Assembly: GCA_051362555.1 (NCBI GenBank)
Contig: CM120642.1
Coordinates: 5,146,001 to 5,210,000 of the forward strand
Origin: Lingula anatina
Taxonomy: Eukaryota > Animalia > Brachiopoda
Direction of reading: 5' to 3'
DNA length: 64,000 nucleotides
Each line of letters starts with the position of its first letter. Positions within the stretch are counted from its first letter, which is position 1. The position numbers were made by a program, and so were the translations under genes. This document shows positions 12,567-23,608 of the stretch, piece by piece. Below the pieces are notes generated by a model that was not told where the DNA came from, ran no database searches, and saw nothing but the letters and a program-made list of their open reading frames with translations.

Positions 12567-13687
12567 TTTCCTTCTCGTCTTGTTCGTAGCCAACTGGAAT
12601 GTACCTTGAGTAACATGCACAGCTGTTTGGAAATACCATCACTTTGTATGCATTATTGAAAACAAGAGGTGGTTCTGAAGACAAAGTCAGGTTCCCACCA
12701 ATTTAGAGCCTAAACATGACAGATTACAAATTAATGTATTAGAAACCTGAGGCAATGTGTGCATTAATCTAATATTATAACCAGCATGCTTATATTTATA
12801 TCTGTGGCTAAGTAGAATTTTTAGATAATCTTTCAAAATATTTCCTTTTGTCTAACATAGTGAATACGGGGATTGGTAACAAAATATTTGTCTTTTTTTC
12901 TATTAACACATGCACAGGGCAACGCTTTGTAGTAATTTTAACTACTCATCGCCCACTGTATGCGAATTACAAGATCGTACTAAAATCGAGGCGCAGCTGT
13001 GTCCAGCAACAGAAACACAGATCGGAACAAATATAGCAAGAGTGGCAGAAAACGATACGAATTACTTGATCGCGGAAAACAATCAGGGTTCCTTTATCCT
13101 TTTTCTTCCTTTCTGTAAAAATTACAGAAAATAATTTATTATTATTATTATTATTATTGTTGTTGTTGTTGGAGGCGTAGTCTTGGTGAACACATTGTTA
13201 AAAATCTCCTGTCAAGATCAGTCGCCGTAATTCATCAATCCCAAGTTTATTTGATATCATGCCCCTTCATCCAGCTCGCCAAAATGCACGGCAGAGGATA
13301 GGCGGACTTGGTATGCCATGGTCACCAAAGTCGTAGGGTACTGCACTTCAGGAATTGGATACAACAACACAATACAACAACCCAGTAAATCCATAATTTC
13401 AAGATGCTCTGCACGCCTTACGTGCGGTTGTGTCAGCAGGCACATATGACTCTTCCAAACCTTAATAGAAGGGTATGATTGTGTTTTGTAAACGATCACA
13501 AAAGGGTGTGATTGTGTTTGTGCTGGTTCATTCTTTGTCAAAACTTCATGCACATAGTTTGACATCTTGTCCCAACCCGCGACAGATTGGATCTCGCCAC
13601 ATAGGATGCCCCCGCCATTTCTCACCATGTGCTGTGATTTCCAGGTAGGCCTGGATTCTTAAGCTATCTCATTCGTTCTTTTTATTT

Positions 13688-13725
<38 letters not shown>

Positions 13726-13760
13726 GTTAAACTTCAAAAATTCCTTTTGTGTACAGTATA

Positions 13761-15082
13761 CAACATTGGTCAAAAAGGTTGTCCCACCCCCACTACCATG
13801 TGCCTTTATTTACAAATGATCACCTCACAGCTGTAAATTGTTAGAAATAGCACTAGTGCTTTTTATTACAGATAAAGTGTCTAACATGATTAATGGTTAA
13901 AAAAAACAAAATAGTGTTGAAAATATACACATTTTATACCATTTGGTAAAAATTATGAGAGGTACCCCCTCAAATCCACTGTTTCACTGTGACTTCTACA
14001 GCTGTAAAGAAATGTCTATTAAATTGAAAAGACGCCATCAAATGTCACCAAATTCACACACAATTAGCATTAGGGTGTTAAAGATCACGTGCCTAACAGC
14101 GTGTGCGTCTACCGCGTACGTACTGCAATATAATTATCTCCTGTAGACGGCGCGACAAGCCTTCAACACGGGTAACAATTCTGTTTTGTGGGATATTGTC
14201 CCATTCATCCTAAAGAGCGTGGCGGAATTGGTCAAGATTATTTGGGAATTGGTTCTTCTCTGCAATGCACATTCCAATTAATGCCACAGGTGCTCAGAAT
14301 ATCAATATTAATATCAGGGCTCAAAGACGGTTGTCCTATCCTCAGAGCCCTGTGTTTCTGCAACAAATTGCTTGCCAGACGAGAGCTGTGAGAAAGTGCG
14401 TTGTCACAATGAAGCCAGTAGCATCCCTGAATTCACCTCTTGCAAATGGAGTGAGATTTCTGTTGAGAATGTTACATTTAAATGCCCTGTTACGTTTTGT
14501 TCCAAAAGGGAAAAATGTACTGATACCATGGGCTTGGAATGTTCTCCAGATGCGGACTTATCTAACACCTCAGGCGATATTATCCTACACACACCCTTCC
14601 AAGAGGCATTTTTAAACATGTCTATGGTGATGGATGGCCAGGTTCAGGTGCCTGTGGGATCAGTGAACGTAGCAGTCTCAGCTGATATCTCATTCCATCT
14701 TCAAGAACTGACTTTGGGGTTAACTCCAGGCTTCATCATGACTGCACACTTGCTCACACTTCTCGCCTGGCAAGTGTTTGTTGAAGAAACACAATGCCCT
14801 AAGGATGGAATCACCATCTTTGAGCCCTGATATTAAACTTACTAATCAACTGTGACATGAATTGGAGTGTGCAATGCAAAGGAGAACCAACCCCATAAAA
14901 ACGTGGACCAACTTCCCCAACTTGTTTAAGAAGAATGGGACAATATCCCACAAAACAGAATTGTTACCCGTGTTGAAGGCTTGTCGCGCCGTCTATTTCT
15001 AACAATTTACAGCTGTGAGGTGATCATTTGTAAACAAAAGCACATGGTAATGGGGGTGGGACAACCTTTTTGACCAATTTTG
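13761..15082. mobile_element. Non-autonomous Tc1/mariner-like element with long TIRs and TA flanks; left TIR interrupted by a ~290-bp insertion
   Basis: ta|caacattggtcaaaaaggttgtccc ... gggacaacctttttgaccaattttg|ta; left arm 13761-13850 plus 14143-~14290 mirrors the contiguous right arm ~14860-15082. Confidence 0.75.
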
Positions 15083-15289
15083 TATGTATATATGTAGAAA
15101 AAAATACTGAAAATTTTGTTCCAAGTTGTTTTATTCCTACCGAGCCTCATCAGAGTTTACTTGGCTATGGATGTGTTTATGATATCATAGTTGTGAATAG
15201 TCACGTCATGGTCGCAACGACACAATTACATCTGGATAAACAATAAGCGTTTGGTTGTATGAAAGCCGTATAGCGCTATAGATTTACGC

Positions 15290-15453
15290 TACCCTCTACC
15301 AGGTTGTACTAGATTGTCATTTTCAGCTGAAGTCATCAGGTACAGAAATCCCAAGGTTGATTACATGACTTCAGCTGAAAATGACAATCTATCTAGCTAG
15401 AGACATATCTGTGAATATCCGTAAAAATCTATCAGTCGCCCTGGTAGAGGGTA
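15290..15453. mobile_element. MITE with TIR taccctctaccagg and direct flanking duplication gatttacgc (9 bp, or 7 bp if the TIR is one base longer)
   Basis: Absent from the paralogous site at 23161-23172; perfect internal 27-bp inverted repeat tagattgtcattttcagctgaagtcat. Confidence 0.8.
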
Positions 15454-15904
15454 GATTTACGCCGGGTAAATCAGCCGTTTAACTTATACGGTTCTTATAC
15501 AGGTTGCATGAAAGCCATATATAACATTTAAGTTCCCGACAGACCCCAGGGAGAAGGCCACAATCCGGCGTGTTTATTTTATATTTATGACTCAGACCCC
15601 AACAACAAGAAAAGCACTATGCATGGCACCAACACGAAATGAACGCCCCGCAATGATATAAACTAAAAAGTCTTTTACTGGCGTCAGTATATTGTTATGG
15701 GAGATTGAAATGATAATTACTGCCCGAAGAACTAAATAATGCGCATATTAGCCTACCATATATGCTGTGTACCTAATTATTTTACCTTGATATTAGCGAT
15801 GGTTATTATAACGAATTTTGTGTATATAATTTTTGTGGAACTAAATAAACGTCGATTTGCTTCTCATTACTGAATTTTGGTGATCTGCATTTCGTCTGCA
15901 CAAC

Positions 15905-16570
15905 TCAAGTAAATAAATTTTCCATATAATGTTTAAACTGTATAATATCAGTCATGAGCGAGCAAAAACAGTCGTCCACAGTAAATCCTGCTGACCACGG
16001 TGAACGTTCCACTTCCCAAACTGATTTGCTCCTTATTGGTCTAGGTTGTTCACAGAATATTGTTATTTTTCCATTTAACTGTCTGAAATATTGCAGCTCA
16101 ACATAGAAGTCATCGTCCTGTTTTGCTATTTCTTCCATTAATTTGTTCCTGAAATAATCGTAAACTGTAAAGTCTACGCTATCAGAAGTCTTATGTCTGG
16201 CAATAAGCTCGCCGTCAACGAAGCTCTCTGCATTGTACTTTCCCGTTAGTTTCCTCCTATAAACAATGTCTCTTAAATCCCAACACAGGCGACGTCGAAG
16301 TAAAACGAGGCCCTCGTCTGTTTTGTCCAGAATTGCTACAAAATCGTAATAGTTTGCCAGCTTATTCAAAAACGCTTTCAGATTTGTTTTATTGTCCCTT
16401 AAACTTTCGTGATACATCCCCATTTCTTGAGACATACTGTTTCTCCTCATCCCTGGAGGAATCTTAAAGGATTTGCTCCATTTGTCATAACTGATTAGAA
16501 ATTCCTTCATGTGATTGTCACTAGAAAACGGTAAGGTTGATTCAAGTCTCCTTCGATAAAAAAGAACGCA
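15905..16570 (-). pseudogene. Galactose-3-O-sulfotransferase-like copy C, 5'-truncated
   Basis: Nearly identical to the 3' part of copy E but breaks at ~16570 (AFFFYRR); lacks the 5'-PSB motif and the TM exon. Confidence 0.85.
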
Positions 16571-18559
16571 CTATAAAAAAGCAAGAGAGAGAGAGAGAGA
16601 GAACAAAAGAATTAATGTGAAATTACCGTTGAAGACGCCTAATGCTGGGCTCACACCATCAACTATTAGAACTTCATCATAATCATCCAAGCAATTTACA
16701 ACACAAAGCTATTGACATTCGTTATTTTCTTCTATCAAAACATTTCAAGCCTGGCTACTCTGCAACATGTAGCACTTCCACATCCTGACTGCAAACCTTT
16801 CCACTGTCTTATGATGTAACCGACATTGGCAGCGAAAACATGAAAGGCAAACCTAACACAATAAAAGGTACATATGAACCTAGCGTCGGTGGAGCGTTCA
16901 TTCACATTAACACATATAAACAACTTCTACTAGTTTCTTGTACGACTCAAATAAATTCCACATGCCCAGGGATGAACTAAATAAATCACTCAATCAACCA
17001 TAAAAGAGATTTAAACTGCTCTTTTCTTTAATTTTATAACCTTTAGCTACTCATCTAACTAACTTCTCGGCCCTTTTCATAGACGGCATAGAAAGCTAGC
17101 AGAGAAATCCGTTCAAATATCATTTTTCGGGTAATATTTAACGATTCTCCTAGTTATACTAATTGAAACTATATACTGGCATTCGGCTGGTTTTTGTGGT
17201 AAAAAATTGACTTCAAATTATTTAATAACTCTTAAATAAATGTACTAGATATGGTTTTCTCAAATGATATAAAAGGACACGCTTGACGAGCTGAGCTACA
17301 TGTATCCCATCTCACTACAGTACACCTAGCTAGCCATATCAATACAATAATCACATCATCAGAGTCAATAATTCTTATCCCTCTGGCTCTGTTGGCTCAT
17401 CCACTGCCATTGTAGTCAGGGCTACGCACGTGCCCCTACATTGACTTCCGATCTATAATCAGACAGTCAGCTGAAATGGCATGAATTGGTTTGGGCACGC
17501 CCATCTTAAATGGAAACACAGTTAAAAGCAGCTCTGCTGTTTCACCCTATTCCTATGTAACTGAGGTTATTCACGTGTCCCTAGTTTGGGTTCATATCTG
17601 TAATTAGGCAGCCACCACAAATGCACCGAGTTGGGTCCCACACAATTTGAATTAAAACATGGCATAAAACAATAATTAGTATTTAGATACATGGCATATG
17701 TATGTATATAACTGAACAACCATTTTTAAGCCCGCATACGCATTACCGACGATTTTGAACATCACCATATCACGTGTGGAAACAGCTGCCAGAAAATTTG
17801 ATCAAAATTTTATCGAGTGCAATGAATAGGAAGACCATTAGTCCATACATTTAAAAGTAATACGTATTAACGTCGGTCATGCTATTTTAAAGGAGGGTCA
17901 AGAAAGCGTTAAGCAATGAAGCTAAATTACATTTTGATAATCAGTATTAATTTCCAAAATGTACATATTTTCAAGCATTGAAATTACTAACCTGTGCTTA
18001 CTGCTTGAGCTTGCAATGAAAAGAATGGATATTATCGTTCTCTCTGCTAAAGTCCAAGTAAGTATTAATGGCCATTTAATCAATAATGCAAACGCATAAA
18101 TGAAAATTTATCTAGTGCAAAGGCATGTTTCTCTATCCACGTTATAAAGTGAATGCTTCATTTGCTTCACCAACGTGGAGAAGTCACGAGAAAAAAAATT
18201 AGTGAAAATCTATCAAGATTTCAGAATGCAGCATAAGTTTTGCTAAAATCTAAATTTCCTGACAATTCAACCCATTCTATCTTGGCACTTGTCATTGTTT
18301 TACACGCACTCACACACACCTTTGCAAAGAATCCGATTTGCCTATCATGGTGCAGGTCCGAAAATGTCACAAACATAATTGTATTTATCATCCGCTGAAA
18401 AATCTCGCCGACCATCAATAGTTTAGACAGTTTTAAATCTCGTAATATATCCGGAAGGAAGTGTGAGAATAGAGATCGTGAAAATGTCGGAGTTTGAAAA
18501 AAAAATGACAAAAGCGCGGGGTTAAGGTCTTCCCCATGATTTTCCCCAGATTGTCAAAG

Positions 18560-20467
18560 TTATAGCAAGTGTAAGAAAAGGTTGGTTAGTTGGAGAAAAA
18601 TACCGTTTACACCGGCTAAATTCTTTAAGCGCATTTTTTGCAGGAATATCCTAGACTGTGCACCTCTAATATTTATCAACCGATGATAACTATGCCTGCT
18701 CAAAATCTGATTATACACCAAGCGTAATTTTTTTAATTTTTCCACATTCATGTAATGTTTAAATTGTATAATATCAGTCATGAGCGAACAAAAACAATCG
18801 TCCACAGTAAATCCTGTCGACCACGGCGACGGTTCAACTTCCAAAATTGAAGTGCCCCTTACAGTTTTAGGTCGGGCACAGAATTTTGTTATTTGTCCAT
18901 TCAACTCTCTGAAATATTTCAACTCCACATAAAAATCATTCCCCTGTTTTGCTATTTCTTTTATTAATTTGTTCTTGAAATAATTGTAAAGAGCAAAGTC
19001 TACGCTATCAGAAGTCTTGTGTCTGGCAATAAGCTCGCTGTCAAGGAAGCTCTCTGCATTGTATTTTCCCGTAAGTTTTCTCCTGTAGATAACGTCTCTT
19101 AAATCCCAACACAGGCGACGTCGAAGTAAAACGAGGCCCTCGTCTGTTTTGTCCAGAATTGCTACAAAATCGTAATAGTTTGCCAGCTTATTCAAAAACG
19201 CTTTCAGATTTGTTTTATTATCCCTTAAACTTTCGTGATACATCCCCATTTCTTGAGACATACTGTTTCTCCTCATCCCAGGAGGAATCTTAAAGGATTT
19301 GCTCCATTTGTCATAACTGATTAGAAATTCTTTCATGTGGTTGTCACTAGAAAACGGTAAGGTTGATTCAAGGCTCCTTTGATAATAAAAGAACGCAGAT
19401 TTAAACTTACAAAAGGGTTCTCTAACCAGACCAATTTTAAAAACGTCCTTAGGCATAGTCTTTCTGAAATGGGTTTCGTTAAAACCGCAGTGATGAGCCA
19501 TGATGTCGTATTTCTTACCAGCAGACAATTTAGAGTCAAATGGGACAACTCGGAGTTTATTCATGAAAGCATAGCGCAAGAAAATATTTGCATACGTCGT
19601 AGACCCACATTTGTGAACTTTGCGAAATAAAACGTGGTTCTTTGGCGTGCAGTTGAATGCGTTTCTTCTTGGGAGTTTGGCCCTCCATGCTTTATATGCC
19701 TCCTCGTAAGTTACCAACTGGCTGCTCAACATTGATCTTAAAAGAGTTGATTTAACGTAGTTACCCATAATGATAAAGTGAGCGTTCTCCCATACCGGGG
19801 GAACAATTAAAAAAAAACTATATGTTTGTTATACCTACAATTTAAAGCAAAAACTGCTATGTAGCTTATTGATTTTCCAGAGACTGAGAAATGAAGAATA
19901 ATTTTGAATATTTGTTGAAGACATTTAGGAACTGTATAAAATTAACCAAGAGCGTTTAAAATTGCCTTTCTGTCTTCTACACCTTGGCCTGAAACCCAGC
20001 CATGTCACTAAGGAGGGTGAGGAGCTACTGATAATTGAACTTTAAGTGATATAGGGATGAAGAAAACACATAACTTTTCTGCACAATTTAACGTGAACTG
20101 AAATTCTGACGCACCCATTTTCGATCTCCTACAGGTGCCAATAGATTCAGTTATATTCATTCTTTACTAAGGTAAGTCACGGCACCTTCAAGCCAGCGGT
20201 TGTGGTGGTGTAGGAAAATATGACGAAAAGGATCATTTATTTTTTGCAAAACGTATGACATTTTAATCTAACATGAATACGTACCCCCTGCGGCACATCT
20301 GATCGTGCAATTTCCCTTGCGTGTGTACGAACAGTTTTTTCCATTTCAAAAGATACCACTCGCAGATTATTTGTCAGTTTGAGCAGAATATATAACGTTA
20401 GAAAAATGACCAAATATTGAAGAATTAAAGACCAAAACACAAGTTTCATACGTTTGTGCAGAGACAT
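18560..20467 (-). pseudogene. Galactose-3-O-sulfotransferase-like copy D (exons 20285-20467 and 18560-19736), probably frameshifted
   Basis: Exon 1 lacks 8 nt (gattttca) relative to copy B, 183 vs 191 nt, which moves the donor from phase 2 to phase 0 and gives an early stop; exon 2 ORF is still open. Confidence 0.7.
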
Positions 20468-21035
20468 TTTCCTTCTCGTCTTGTTCCTAGCCAACTGGAA
20501 TGTACCTTGAGTAACATGCACAGCTGCTTGGAAATACTATCACTTTGTATGCATTATTGAAAACAAGAGGTGGTTCTGAAGACAAAGTCAGGTTCCCACC
20601 AATTTGGTGCCTAAACATGACAGATTGCAAATTAATGTATTAGAAACCTGACGCAATGTGTGCATGAATCTAATATTATAACCAGCATGCTTATATTTAT
20701 ATCTGTGGCTAAGTAGAATTTTTAGATAATCTTTCAAAATATTTCCTTTTGTCTACCACAATGAATACGGGGATTGGTAACAAAATATTTCTTGTTTTTT
20801 TCTATTAACACATGCACAGGGCAACGCTTTGTAGTAATTTTAACTACTCATCGTCCACTGTATGCGAATTACAAGATGGTACTAATATCGAGGCGCAGCT
20901 GTGTCCAGCAACAGAAACACAGATCGGAACAAATATAGCAAGAGTGGCAGAAAACGATACGGATTACTTGATCGCGGAAAACAATCAGGGTTCCTTTATC
21001 CTTTTTCTTCCTTTCTGTAAATTTTTTAGAAAATA

Positions 21036-21077
<42 letters not shown>

Positions 21078-21594
21078 CGTTGGAGGCGAAGTCTTGGTGA
21101 ACACATTGTTAAAAATCTCCTGTCAAGATCAGTCGCCGTAATTCATCAATCCCAAGTTTATATGATATCATGCCCCTTCATCCAACTCGCCAAAGTGCAC
21201 GGCAGAGGATAGGCGGACTTGGTATGCCATGGTCACCAAAGTCGTAGGATACTGCACTTCAGGAATTGGATACAACAACACAATACAACAACCCAGTAAA
21301 TCCATAATTTCAAGATGCTCTGCACGCCTTACGTGCGGTTGTGTCAGCAGGCACATATGACTCTTCCAAACGTTAATGGAAGGGTGTGATTGCGTTTTGT
21401 AAACGATCACACCCTTTTGTGTTAGTGCATTGTGTTGGTTCATTCTTTGGGGAAACTCCATGCACATAGATTGACATATTGTCCCAACCCGCGACAGATT
21501 GGATCTCGCCACATAGAATGTCCTCCGTCATTTCTCACCATGTGCTGTGTTTTCCAGGTGTTAAACTTCAAAAATTCCTTTTGTGTACAGTATA

Positions 21595-22974
21595 CAACAT
21601 TGGTCAAAAAAGTTGTCCCACCCCCACAAACATGTGCTTTTATTTACAAATGATCACCTCACAGCTGTAAATTGTTAGAAATAGTGCTTTTTATTACAGA
21701 TAAAGTGTCTAACATGATTAATGGTTAAAAAAATACAAAATAGTGTTGAAAATATACACATTTTATACCATTTGGTAAAAATTATGAGAGGTACCCCCTC
21801 AAATCCACTGTTTCACTGTGACTTCTACAGTTGTAAAGAAATGTCTATTAAATTGAAAAGACGCCATCAAATGTCACCAAATTCACACACAATTAGCATT
21901 AGGGTGTGCTCGTTGAAGATCACGTGCCTAACAGCGTGTGCGTCTACCGCGTACTGCAATTATCTCCTGTAGACGGCGCGACAAGCCTTCAACACGGGTA
22001 ACAATTTTGTTTTGTGGGATATTGTCCCATTCATCCTAAATAGCGTGGCGGAATTGGTCAAGATTATTTGGGAATTTATTCTCCTCTGCAATGCACATTT
22101 CAATTAATGCCACAGGTGCTCAGTAGGATTAATATCAGGGCTCAAAGACGGTTGTCCTATCCTCAGAGCCCTGTGTTTCTGCAACAAATCGCTTGCCAGA
22201 CGAGAGCTGTGAGAAAGTGCGTTGTCACAATGAAGCCAGTAGCATCCCTGAATTCACCTCTTGCAAATGGAGTGAGATTTCTGTTGAGAATGTTACATTA
22301 AAATACCCCTGTTAAGTTTTGTTCCAAAAGGGAAAAAATTTACTGACACCATGGGCTTGGAATGTTCTCCAGATGCGGACTGATCCAACACCTCAGGCGA
22401 TATTATCCTACACACACCCTTTCAAGAGGCATTTTTAAACATGTCTATGGACCCTCATTTGACCATCGATGGGATACAAGAAATCATTTGATTTTGCATC
22501 AAAACCGACTCCCTTCCAGTGATGGATGGCCAGGTTCAGGTGCTTGTGGGATCAATGAACGTAGCATTCTCAGCTGATATCTCATTCCATCTTCAAGAAC
22601 TGACTTTGGGGTTAACTCCAGGCTTCATCATGACTGCACACTTGCTCACACTTCTCGCCTGGCAAGTGTTTGTTGAAGAAACACAATGCTCTAAGGATGG
22701 AATCACCATCTTTGAGCCCTGATATTAAACTTACTAATCAACTGTGACATGAATTGGAGTGTGCAATGCAAAGGAGAACCAACCCCATAAAAACGTGGAC
22801 CAACTCCCCCAACTTGTTTAAGAAGAATGGGACAATATCCCACAAAACAGAATTGTTACCCGTGTTGAAGGCTTGTCGTGCCGTCTATTTCTAACAATTT
22901 ACAGCTGTGAGATGATCATTTGTAAACAAAAGCACATGGTAATGGGGGTGGGACAACCTTTTTGACCAATGTTG
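21595..22974. mobile_element. Duplicated copy of the Tc1/mariner-like non-autonomous element
   Basis: ta|caacattggtcaaaaaa ... tttttgaccaatgttg|ta; same internal organisation as 13761-15082. Confidence 0.75.
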
Positions 22975-23608
22975 TACATGTATGTATATATGTAGAAAAA
23001 AAAATACTGAAAATTTGTTTTATTCCTACTGGGCAAGTTTACTTGGCTATGGATGTGTTTATGATATCATAGTTGTGAATAGTCACGTCATGGTCGCAAC
23101 GACACAATTACATCTGGATAAACAATAAGCGTTTGGTTGTATGAAAGCCGTATAGCGCTATAGATCTACGCCGGGTAAATCAGCCGTTTAACTTATACGG
23201 TTCTTATACAGGTTGCATGAAAGCCATATATAACTTTTAAGTTCCCGACAAACCCCAGGGAGAAGGCCACAATCCGGCGTGTTTATTTTATATTTATGAC
23301 TCAGACCCCAACAACAAGAAAAGCACTATGCATGGCACCAACACGAAATGAACGCCCCGCAATGATATATACTAAAAAGTCTTTCACTGGCGTCAGTATA
23401 TTGTTACGGGAGATTGAAATGATAATTACTGCCCGAAGAACTAAATAATGCGCATATTACCATATGTGCTGTGTACCTAATTATTTTACCTTGATATTAG
23501 CGATGGTTATTATAACGAGTTTTGTGTATATAATTTTTGTGGAACTAAATAAACGTCGTTTTGCTTCTCATTACTGAATTTTGGTGATCTGCATTTCGTC
23601 TGCACAAC

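Larger units (their letters stand above)
10802..18706. repeat. Tandem segmental duplication, unit 1 (matches 18708-24275 plus 26706-28884; lacks ~24276-26700)
   Basis: Near-identical collinear sequence and duplicated ORFs (12910/20812, 13257/21168, 16735/26866); junctions at ~16570 and ~18706. Confidence 0.9.

Noticed and set aside
13257-13628. 123-aa ORF also seen at 21168-21512
   Set aside because: Recurrence is explained by the recent duplication; the 5' parts differ by frameshifting indels; no family recognised
15115-15165. Minus-strand CTGATGA-GGCTC... hammerhead-like string
   Set aside because: No GAAA box or paired stem II (reads ggaataaaac), and it is deleted in the paralogous copy
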